In this document: one piece after another, positions 49,621-60,309 of the stretch
Layout: each line of letters begins with the position of its first letter
How positions within the stretch are numbered: position 1 is the first letter of the stretch
Origin: Camelus dromedarius
Lineage: Eukaryota
DNA: 64,000 bases
Assembly: GCF_036321535.1 (NCBI RefSeq)
Contig: NC_087437.1
Location: forward strand, 109,990,001 to 110,054,000
Direction: 5' to 3'
The notes under the pieces: model-generated
What the model was told of the DNA's origin: nothing
What the model saw: the letters and a program-made list of their open reading frames with translations, nothing else
The model's database searches: none
Program-made: the position numbers and the translations under genes

Positions 49621-51718
49621 AGGGCAAATATTTGAGAAGATTATGGATTATTTTGGTAATTACACATATCAATTCAGTCAATGTTTATGGAGCTTCATGG
49701 CCTGAGGACCAACTTCATGGTCCATGCTCTTCGGCAAATTGATTTTTAACTGAATAATCTTCACTTTCTTTCCATATCAGCACATTGACAGCAGCATCAT
49801 TTTCTTTATAACAGCAGCATAACGTGCCATCCCAAGACACATAAGGAACCACTTTAAACAAAGGGATTTTAACAGAGGGACCAAAGGATGAGAGGAAGCT
49901 TTGAGTCCTAGAAACCAGCTACGAAGAGATGAGAGTGTATAGCCATAGCACAAGTGGCAAATGATGGCTATGGAGTTTAGAAAATGGGAAAAATGAAATA
50001 CCTGTATTAAGTAGGCAACACAGTTAATTGGAGACAGAGATGAGGGATAGGACATGGAAAGCCTCTGCAGAGTCTGACCTGAGTGGCTGTAAGGATCATG
50101 GGACCATTACCAACCACCTGGGCAATAGAATCCACATGGTTTCTGTAGTCCATAGCGAGGTGCTTGGCAGAAACAAAACCAAATCTATAGCAGTGTTAAG
50201 CCTCAGAATCTCCAAGTTCATAGAGACAGATTTGTAGCTTCACCTTAGTCTTAACACATTTGAAGACTAGCCATTACATGTACTGAATATATATATTTTT
50301 AAATGTTTTATACAGACTTGGCAAATTGATCAGGTATACTGAATTTTTATTCTATACACACATACCATAAAATATTTACCAAACTGCACTTACATATTAA
50401 TAGAGTGCTTTCCATTGATTAAAGAGTTTTTATATTGATTTTTATCATTAGATTCCTTGTGACCAATTTGAGCTGTGATGAGATGTGGCTATGATTATTA
50501 TGTCTCTAAAACCCTTTTCAGAGGAAGCAAGAAATTTTCCTTTTTTAACTGATGTTTCAAGAAAGTATTTTCCCTCCAATTCTGTCTTTTAACATTAATC
50601 TTGGATCCTAAATTATGCAGTCTCTAATCACTAGCATATCACGGATAAAACAAACACTATTAGGCTTCTTCAAAATTAGGACCTTATTTTTAATCAAGAG
50701 ATTTCTCCCCTACTTACATTCAGGAGAAATATATGTCCCAACATATTATTGATATAATAGATATAAACAAAATTCTCTCAACAGAACTATTTAGTGACTG
50801 CAATTTTAAAATGTTCCATGTTCCTGGCTTCCAATTCTGTAACAATCTAACCAAGGACATAAATGTCATTTTTGCAATATGCCTCTAAAAGCCATGACAT
50901 TCAGAAGAATCACTAATTATGTTTGGGCACAAATCCAATTTAATAGCATCTAGACAGTTCAGATCAAAAATCAGAAACACTTTCAAATAAAGCCAACATT
51001 TAAACCTAATATACATGGTATACAAGGTCATACTTCGTAAAGGTACTGTTTGTCTGGAGAAAATTAAGTTGAGCAATCACATACTATGTATTCTCTAAAA
51101 GGCCCACATTTTAAATGTTTTTCAGGAAAAGATTTTTATATACTTACACCCCTTATAGAGTATGAGCAAATCAGTTTACATACTGTTAAACTTATACAAT
51201 GGAAAAAGAAAAATCAAAGGTATAAATTATATATGATAGCAACTATGATAATCATTATTATTAATCTACAAGGATCATTCCACTGCACTTTTTGGTTAAA
51301 GGTTAAAATAATTATCTGAAGAATTCTTTTATTTTATCCCAGGAAGTTAGAACACACTAAGCTTTAAGTATGAATGTAGTAAATTTGTGTCTCACTAGCA
51401 AGTTTAAATGTATGCAAAGGGGATCTGCTGGAGACTCTTTGAATTGATGCCTTCCAGTTAATAGCAGTTGGACATGTGTTCACTCTGTCTCCTGTCATTC
51501 CCATGAAAACATGTAAAGCATGTTCTGTGTAAGTCACTGAGCCCTTAATCGGTGAATTCTTCTCTTTCAATTTTTTTTGTTCAGTTTTATGATTTGAAAT
51601 CTAAACTAGTGTAGGTGAAAAAAGGGAACAGTTTTTCAGTGGGAAATTGTTCATACAGTAATGTTCTTCCTTTAGATTTACAGGAAGATAAAAATAATTT
51701 CTCAAGAGATAAGTAATA

Positions 51719-52573
51719 CCGGGTTGTTTGTTTTTTTCTTATTATGTCGTATGAGCTGCTTATATATTCTGGAGATCAAGCCTTTGTTGGTTTCATCATT
51801 TGCAAAAATTTTCTCCCATTCTGTAGGTTGTCATTTTGTTTTGCTTACGGTTTCCTTTACTGTGCAGAAGCTTGTAAGTTTAATTAGGTCCCATTTGTTT
51901 ATTCTTGCTTTTATTGCTTGGGTAGACTACCCTAGGAGAACATTTTTGAGATATATGTCAGATAATGTTTTGCCTATATTTTCTTTTAGGAGGGTTATTG
52001 TATCTTGTCTTATGTTTAAGTCTTTGATCCATTTTGAGTTTATTTCTGTGTACAGTATAAGGGAGTGTTCTAGCTTCATTGATTTACATGCTGCTGTCCA
52101 GTTTTCCCAACTCCATTTGCTGAAGAGACTGTCTTTATTCCATTGTATATTCTTGCCTCCTTTGTCGAAGATTATTTGACCAAAAGTTTTTGGGTTCATT
52201 TCTGGGCTCTCTCTTTTGTTCCATAGGTCTATATGTCTGTTTTTGTACCAATACCATGCTGTCTAGATTACTGTAGCTCTATAGTATTGTGGCCAAGAGG
52301 GCGGGGGTTCGGAAGGGACAGACTGGGATTTCAAAATTTGTAGATATTGACAGGCGTATGTAGAATAGATAAAGAAGATTATACTGTACAGCAAAGAGAA
52401 ATATATACAAGACCTTGTGGTAGCTCACAGTGAAAAAAATGTGACAATGAATATATGTATGTTCATGTATAACTGAAAAATTGTGCTCTACACTGGAATT
52501 TGACACATTATAAAATGACTATAACTCAATAAAAATGTTTAAAAAATAAAGATTCAACATTCTCATAAAAAAA
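51719..52573 (+). mobile_element. Young LINE-1 with 5' inversion (twin priming)
   Basis: Antisense ORF2 piece (51719-~52290; [27 protein letters not shown]) joined to a sense 3'UTR plus poly(A); 15-bp TSD aagagataagta(a/g)ta at 51704-51718 and 52574-52588. Confidence 0.92.
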
Positions 52574-53219
52574 AAGAGATAAGTAGTAGGGGTCCAAGGA
52601 TGAATTTAAGTGGACTCGGACATGTCCGGTCTTGCCAGACAAACTGGTGAAACAGGCTACTCTGGCCACTTTAAAAGTTGACTAAGAAACCTTCTAGAGA
52701 GTCAATCTGTGTTTTTTTGTTCCAAGTGGTGAACAAAAATATAAGCCAAAAAGAAAGTCCCTTTTGTGAAACTAAGAAATTCTCTGGGAGAGACTAAATC
52801 TTGCAGGAAGAAGGAACCAACCAAGTTCCTTGACCTTGGCTGAGTAGTGGAGCCAGAGGTGATAGCCATGAGAGACTCATTAGTAAAGCATCCTTTGTGT
52901 TACTAAGGTTTGACTTGTACAATCACCCATTCATGAGAAGATGTATAGAATATTAAGAGCCCTCTCATAGGGTGCAAAAGAAATCAGAAAAGATCCCACA
53001 CCCCTATTTTCCACAGAACACGGTACCACCGGGTTCCAGTGCATCATGGCAGTGCTAGCTGGATTAACCTTGTAAGGGGCAGTGGCCTTCAGGAGACACC
53101 AACTACAGAAATGTAGCTGCTGCTCAGGAAATGAGTGATACGTCCCAGTCTCCTCCCCTGCTCCAGGACAAGGGATGGAAAAAAGCAAACCCATACCTGG
53201 CCAGTGGTACCAAGAATAT

Positions 53220-53566
53220 CTTCTTGGTGAGGGAAAGATGAGTAGGAGTAGAATGGGAGATATTTAGGACAGTGAAAATACTTTGCATGATATTATAATG
53301 AAGGACGTATGCCATTGTACATTTGTCCAAAGACATGCAATGTACAGCACCAAGAATGAACTATAAGGTAAATTTTAGACTTCGAGAGATTATACATCAA
53401 TGTAGGTTCATCGGTTGTGATCAATATATCACTCTCGTGGGGGATGTTGATAGTGGGGGAGGCTCTGCCTGTGTGAGAGCAGAGAGCATGTGGGGAATCT
53501 CAGTACCTTCCTTTCAATTTCGCTCTGAATCTAAACATGCTCTTAAAAAAATTAAGGCTTAAAAAG
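53220..53566 (+). mobile_element. LINE-1 3' end (L1MC-type)
   Basis: gtacatttgtccaaa...gggggatgttgatagtgggggaggct...tctgaatctaaa. Confidence 0.75.
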
Positions 53567-53901
53567 AGAAGATATTCAGTTATCAGCAATGCTACACAGA
53601 AGAAAGCACTTGAATGTAAATATGAGAACAACGCAATCCTTAATAATTCTAGAAACACTTACAGGACATCTAGGGGGGCTGATATGCTAAGTGAGTAGAC
53701 AAGGACAAGTTATTTTTATATAGTGTTAACCTGGCACCCTGTGTGTTCTCAAGCTTATATAATGTGGCAAAATAGAAGTATTGAATCATACTATATCATG
53801 CAACCACGGCCCTCAACTGATTCATAAGAAAGTTTTCTATATTAGTTTCAGAAGATGTTAAAATAATAAAGAACAAAAATATTTATATTTTGATTAATCA
53901 A

Positions 53902-53907
53902 TTTATT
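53902..53907 (-). terminator. Poly(A) signal of KRTAP19-like gene A
   Basis: AATAAA on the minus strand ~310 nt after the stop. Confidence 0.6.
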
Positions 53908-54213
53908 AGAAAAAAAAGTGAAAATACAAGTTTTCTTTATAGTCTTGCTAGAAAGGCAACATCATGGTAGTGGTGGTAAGAAAAGTAAACCAAAATGAGG
54001 ATATTAAACTAGAATGGTCATACATGTTGCCTACATATTTCCATGGTAAGTTTAGAGGTGAAAAAATGCCAAATACTCACAGGGGCAGTTTAAATTTTCA
54101 TAGATGTTATCAATTGGTTGGGGAGAAAATAGGATGGATGTTTCGAGGATAAAAGCACAAGATAAAGCCAAACAAATTCAGAGATTTTTCCGAGTCCAAT
54201 TTCAGCATTTTTT

Positions 54214-54435
54214 TTAGAGGAAGCTAGAGAACCTATATCCTCCATAGAATGAGGGGCGGCGACAGCAGCCGTGTCTGAAGCTTCCACTGCCAGAGCCATA
54301 TCCGTAGCCGCTGAAGCCAAAGCCATGGCCCAGTCTGTGGAAGCTGCCACATCCAAAGCCGGGTCCAAAGCCCAGGCCACCAAACCCTCCGTAGCCGAAG
54401 CGCAGGCCTCTGTAGTAGCTGCTATGGTGGCTCAT
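54214..54435 (-). CDS. High glycine/tyrosine keratin-associated protein, KRTAP19-like (copy A), 73 aa
   Basis: [22 protein letters not shown]...GCGSFHRLG...[18 protein letters not shown]. The true ATG is at 54435 (ACCATG), downstream of the TATA. Confidence 0.9.
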   Translation of the reverse strand: MSHHSSYYRGLRFGYGGFGGLGFGPGFGCGSFHRLGHGFGFSGYGYGSGSGSFRHGCCRRPSFYGGYRFSSFL

Positions 54436-54511
54436 GGTGTCGGGTGGTGAGCTTGGTTTGCGGCTCGATGCAAGATTCAGAGTGTGAATGTCGACATCTT
54501 TACAGGGAGGC

Positions 54512-54518
54512 TTATATA
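54512..54518 (-). promoter_or_regulatory. TATA box of KRTAP19-like A
   Basis: TATATAA on the minus strand ~80 nt upstream of the ATG. Confidence 0.85.
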
Positions 54519-54706
54519 CCCTGGTCAGAGAATGATAAATCACTCGTATACCCTCCTTTTATGTCATTTTGTATTACACATACATGGCACAACGCGTTCA
54601 CTCATTATCCCCTGACATGGGGAGAGGGCCTCACACTCATTAAAACATTTGAGACCACTTTGTTGCCTAGTTAGGGTGTCCCTTACAAGTTATTGCATCA
54701 CTTTAT

Positions 54707-54781
54707 GAAATCATCATGTTGAACACTTTAAATGTACACAATTATAGTTGTCAATTATGCCTCAAGAAAGCTGGTGAAAAT
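54707..54781 (+). mobile_element. 75-bp L1 3'-terminal fragment with 19-bp TSD
   Basis: agttattgcatcactttat repeated at 54688-54706 and 54782-54800; the insert resembles an L1 terminus (...tgtcaattatgcctcaagaaagctgg). Confidence 0.75.
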
Positions 54782-55574
54782 AGTTATTGCATCACTTTAT
54801 AAGAAGGAATGCTGCATCTTCAAAGTCTAGATGCATCAGACCCCAAATAGAATTCCTCACAGCCAGGTACACTAATCATTTTTGATATTTGTTGTGTTTT
54901 TCAGTAAAGTTTTTCTTCATCTCTGGTTGTCTTTAGATGCTTTGCTTACAAACTACATCAAATAAATTGGTCAAATTCAGAGATCTATAATCTATCATAT
55001 CCTTTTAAAGCATCTTATTCCTCTGTCAAAAAAAAACCCCACAAAAATTTATTTCTTTCAGAAATAAGAAAACAGAAACATTTGAGAGCCAGGAAGAATC
55101 CACTTGACTGTTGTGAATACGAGTAAGGAACTCTAGGGGAAAAAAATTATTTTTTCTTTAATTTTTGAACATTGACCACCATAACCTACATACTTTTTAA
55201 CTTTTTATGCTACTTTGAACAGTTGAAAAAAAAAAAAAAACCTTTTTGCTTGTTACAATTGATGAGCCAATACTGATATATAATTATTAACTAAAATCCA
55301 TAGTTTACCCTTCATTCTTTGTGTTGTACACATTTAAGGGCTTTGGCCAGCATGGGGTAAAATTGCTCAGAAACTGATGGCAAATCATAGTAATCCAAAA
55401 TTTAGCAGAAGTAGCTTTAAAGGCAGATAAAAAGTTATCTTTTCAGATTCTGCCCTCTTCTCTGGCATGACATATATCCCAGTTGCCTCCAAAGTGCAGG
55501 TTACATCTTCCTTGTCGTCTTTACAGTCATCATTTCCTCCTACTTCTTCACCAATATATCTTATACAACATCCT

Positions 55575-56390
55575 TTTTTTCATTAATAAACTTTATTTGT
55601 AGAACAGATTTAAGTTTACAGAAAAATTGAGCAGGTAATACAGAGTTCTTGTCCACCTCCCCCCACCCGCATAGACACACATTTCCTCTATTATTAGACA
55701 TCATGAATTAGCATGATATACTAACTATAATTAGTGAACCAATATTAACACGTTACTAATTAAAATCTATAGATTAATTAGATATCACTCTGTGTTGTAC
55801 TGTTCTATGGGTTTTGACAAACACATGATGTCATTAACCTCTATTACAGTATCACACAGAATAATTTCACTGACCTAAAAATCCCCTGTACTCCATCTTT
55901 TCTTCCCTCCCTTCTTCCAAACTCCTGCAGACAGTAATCTTACTGTCTCCATAGTTCTTTTTTTTCTTTCTATATCTTTCAGAATGTCATAGTTGGAATC
56001 ATATAGTATTTAGCCTTTTCACATTGATTTCTTTCACTTTGCAATAAGTTTTTATGATTCCTCCATACCCTTTCATCACTTCATAGCTCATTTCTTGTTA
56101 TGTTGATAATATTCCATTATCTGGATGTACCACAGTCTGATTATCCATTCACCTATTGAAGGACATCTTGGCAATTATGAATAAACCTTCTATAAACATA
56201 TGTGTTCAGGTTTTTGTGTGCACATAAGCTTTCAACTCATACCAGGGAGAGTGATTGCTGGATCTTTTCTAAATGACCATATTTAGCTTTTTAAAAACTG
56301 TCAGACTGTCTTCCAAAGTTGCCATACCATTTTACATTCTCATTAGCAATGAATGATAGTTTCTGTTGTTCCACAACCAAGCCAGAGTCT
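55575..56390 (-). mobile_element. LINE-1 3' region (L1MC-type)
   Basis: ttaagtttacagaaaaattgagcagg...agaatgtcatatagttggaatcat...cacctattgaaggacatcttgg. Confidence 0.8.
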
Positions 56391-57329
56391 GTTCTAAATT
56401 TTAACTTTTTTAACTCTTTTAAAATATCATCCAGTCTCTGGCCTCCCATTAGCCATTAGTCTATGGTAGCTAGGTAAAATTGTGATGTATATAAAATCTC
56501 TCTTTGGCACCCATCAATTTTCACTTAATCTATAGTTAATGCCTCCCTCTTAATTCTTCTTGTATCTTCTTTTACAAGAATAATTTCCCCTTCGTCTTTC
56601 CTTTGCTTATTCTGTGCTTTAAAAAAAAATTTTTTTGGTTCTCTTCTTCTCAGGAAATACCAAACTAGCCTCCACCAAGACATTCAATATTTTTAAGGTC
56701 TTAGATGTTAAAAAGATAATACAAATTCAAGGGATCTGTCAATTCAATGAGATACCATTAACACTGAAACTGTCTTCGAAATCTCCAAATTGCAGATGTG
56801 ATATTAAAAGATAAAGGGTGGAAAAAGATAACTGAGAGCAAAAGTCCCTCAGCTGATTCTAAGAAGCTAGTAATTTATGCACAAAGCTTACCCTAAACTT
56901 GGTTAACTCCTTCTATTTATGCCCTTAGAATTAGGCTCTAGTCTTTTAAGTTCTTGTGAATTTGTATGTAATCTCAAATGTTTTGGTTCTTTTGGTCTTA
57001 TATCTGATTTTCAAATGATGCATTCTCCCAATTGGGTTAATTTCACTCTCTTAATAACTGCCATGCAATAAGAACACACAAATAAGTGATGAAAGGATGA
57101 ATAAATTCTAAGATCTTTAAAAGTAAGCATCATGTTTCTCCCAGGCATGGGTAATTTGACAGCAGCTCAACAGCAGAGATTTAAAGGAGGAGTAAAATCT
57201 AATGACTTTCTGAATTTAGAGGAACATAGAACCATCATTTCATTTTCACTGGTTCTTTTTTGTAAGCATGGTAATGAACTATATATTATATATAAATTTC
57301 AGTGTAAAATTTGATGAATTCCTGCAAAT

Positions 57330-57940
57330 AGGCAAGACACTACCCGTATGAAGCAAGCTCTAATGCCTGGAATGTCTCCATGGCTCCTTTTTTTGGCATT
57401 ACCACTCTCTAGAGATAACCATGCTTCTAGATTTTGACAACAGCTTCAGGAGGTCTTGACAATAGTTTTCCAAAATGACTGTTAGATTTACAGTACCCAC
57501 CAGCAACATAAGAGAGTTCCAGTTCCTCTGAATCACTTGTTATTTTCAGACTATTTTATTTTGATCATTCTTGTGGGAATGAGTAGTATCTGAGTATTGT
57601 TTTAATTTCATTTTTTACCTGATAAGTAATAATATTGGGCACCATTATATATGTTTACTGATCCATTACATAACCTTTATGAAGTGGCTGTTCAAGTATT
57701 TTGTTTATTTTTACTTGAGTTTATCATATTTTAGTATTGATTTATAGAGTACTTGGGTAAAAGTATTTTGTCAGATCTATGTTTTATAGATATTTTCTTT
57801 CTGTATGCGGCTTGTTTTTGCACTTTAAAGTGCTGTATACACATGAACAGAATTTCTTTATATAATGTGTCAAATATATTAAATTTTTAATTTTATGTTT
57901 AATGTTATTTTTGTCTTAAGAAACTCTTGGCTGCCTCACA
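57330..57940 (-). mobile_element. Old LINE-1 fragment (L1ME/MD-type)
   Basis: tacagtacccaccagcaacataagagagttccag and T-rich antisense ORF2 end. Confidence 0.65.
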
Positions 57941-59782
57941 TCTTATTTTTTAATTCCTTTATCTGCTCTTTTTAGAATTTGTTCCATTTTTATTGTTCAT
58001 TCTAAATTAAAAGACAGTTGTTAATTTGAATATTTCATTCTCATTAAGTCATCAGGAAGCCACAAGATCAGAAATAAATCAAACAGGTTTAACGATATCA
58101 CACTCTGCCTATTTATATCTGCCATCTCTTCCCCCTGATGATCTTGTGATGCATTTTTCTCTGGACCATTAACACCTTTTCCCTGGAAGAAAATTTTGGA
58201 GCTCTTCTCTTAATTCCAACACAAATCAATATAATTTACAAATAAGTTATAATAATATGATAAATCTGCATTATACTAAGAGTGTTAAATAGTGTCTCCA
58301 AATAGTTATATTGATCATTGTTTTTCTTTCTTCAGACTGTAATGCTATTAACCAGTTAGGGAATAAAATATTTTCATATAAAATTATTTTACCCAGTCAA
58401 ACTGAAGAGTATAGACCTCCAATGGAGATGTGGAAACATATCTACCTTAATTAATGTGAAGCTACACCACCTCTTCTGAATTGACTGAAAGGATACGATC
58501 TGGCTGAGTAACTCCATCCATATGTTAGTAAACACATCTAAGATTTTCAAATGCATTATAATAAATTTTTCAAGTAGAGTTTGGGTTTAGTACGATTTGC
58601 TATTTATTTTTTACACAGGCATTCAATTAGAAATTGACAGTTCAAGATTTTAGGTCAGAACATTTATAAATTAACATAAATAGAGGTGGGTCCATCAGCT
58701 GTGATAATTTAACTCTTCAAAGGCACATGACCAGCACTTCCAAGATGTTTTATTTGACAGCCCTCAAGGAGGGAAGTACCCAACGAGTGGTATAGTTAGC
58801 ATGGTGAAGTAGATTGTCTGGTATTCAGTAAAACTCGTTCTTGTCTTAGGTTGTACTGCTCATGTCATTTTTGATCTTAGTACATTTCACTTTTTGGAGA
58901 TACTGTCCCATCCAAAGACACTGGTTTAGTAAGCTTTACAGCACCACAGCCGGCTTCACAATTCTATCATTACATTATTTCCTTGGTTTTATTAAATTTG
59001 GTGACTCAAACAAAAGACACTCACTTCTATTTCACTATCTAAATATATAACTTTTTTGGAAAAAATGCTGTTTTATTATGTATTTTTCATAAGCAAATAC
59101 TTATTGGAAGTACCAACAAGAAACGGCCCGCTTTTTGAAGGTCAGCACTGCAAAATACTTGTTGGGATGTATAAAGCATTGGCCATAGCCTCAGCAAAGG
59201 TTACTTCACAAATAATGACAGTGATTTTTAAAATTCTCCAGTGAATTACAAAATATTTCAATGTGCTGATAATATTGAAGAACAATATCAAGTCACACCA
59301 TGGCAGGCCAGAGGAAGACATGACAGAGTGTCACAAAAAGCAGTTCACTTTTAATTGTATATTCAGAGATTTACTTTATTCTATCATCACATTTTCTTAC
59401 CACTGAAAGGGTTAAAGAAAATCAATTTTTTAAACAAAACAGAAAAGTATGTATTCTTCATGTTAGCTTCACTGTAGCTATGAAGATATATAAAGTTAAT
59501 ATTTCAGCGCTAGTTGTAAATACCAGTGTTATCTAACTAAAAGCACTAAATAAGATCTGATTTGAGGTTCAGAGAAAAAATTCTTTATTTCAACTGAGTG
59601 TCTCGGTTTATGTGTATCCATCTAGCCATATGAGTGAGTGTAAGATCTCCTATTACTTTAGCTCTTTCTGGAGTATTTTAGTTTTTTCTTTGTCAGCTAG
59701 GTGCAATTACAAATAATCATGTTGATATTTTGAATTAAATTAAAAAAATAAAAGCCATGTATGCTGTTTCATCTTAGGGAAG

Positions 59783-59788
59783 TTTATT
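59783..59788 (-). terminator. Poly(A) signal of KRTAP19-like gene B
   Basis: AATAAA on the minus strand ~220 nt after the stop. Confidence 0.65.
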
Positions 59789-60007
59789 GCTAAAGAATAG
59801 GGAAATGCCACAGTTATGAAAGCACAAATAAGAGACAACAAGAGACATGAAGCAGAGAATTATGAAATGATAAATACTCCTAAAATCTTAGACATGAAAT
59901 ACTTTTGACCTTGGCTTGGTCCTTGGTGATCTTGCTTGGTTTAGTTATTGGAGTGAGACTTGGCCATCCTTTGATGGCCTCAGATGTTGGGCTCCTGGGG
60001 TAGGATT

Positions 60008-60229
60008 TCAGTAGAAGCTGGAAAATCCATATCTTCTACAGAAGGATGGACATAGACAGCAGCCGTATCCAAGGCTTCCACAACCAGAGCCATATCCGTA
60101 GCCTCTGAAGCCAAAGCCATGGCCCAGTCTATGGAAGCTGCCACATCCAATGCCATGTCCAAAGCCCAGACCACCGAAGCCCCCGTAGCCGAAGCCCAGG
60201 CCTCCGTAGTAGCTGCTGTGATGGCTCAT
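60008..60229 (-). CDS. High glycine/tyrosine keratin-associated protein, KRTAP19-like (copy B), 73 aa
   Basis: [22 protein letters not shown]...[20 protein letters not shown]. The true ATG is at 60229, downstream of the TATA. Confidence 0.9.
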   Translation of the reverse strand: MSHHSSYYGGLGFGYGGFGGLGFGHGIGCGSFHRLGHGFGFRGYGYGSGCGSLGYGCCLCPSFCRRYGFSSFY

Positions 60230-60302
60230 GTTGTCGGGAGGTGAGCTTGGTTTGCCGTTCAAGACAAGATCCTGAGTGTGAATGTTAGCGTGTATAGGAG
60301 GC

Positions 60303-60309
60303 TTATATA
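60303..60309 (-). promoter_or_regulatory. TATA box of KRTAP19-like B
   Basis: TATATAA on the minus strand ~80 nt upstream of the ATG. Confidence 0.85.

Noticed and set aside
54200..54222. Possible 12-nt insertion creating the SSFL-stop end of KRTAP19-A (vs SSFY-stop in B)
   Set aside because: Protein length is unchanged and the 3'UTRs do not align, so an insertion cannot be established.
54090..54383. MVAWALD/MALA-repeat ORFs (also 59980-60174)
   Set aside because: Shifted-frame shadows of the GGC-TAT/TTT repeats in the KRTAP19 CDS.
54436..54543. N-terminal extensions of the KRTAP19-like ORFs in the track (also 60230-60412)
   Set aside because: They run through the TATA box. The family-typical start is MSHH.
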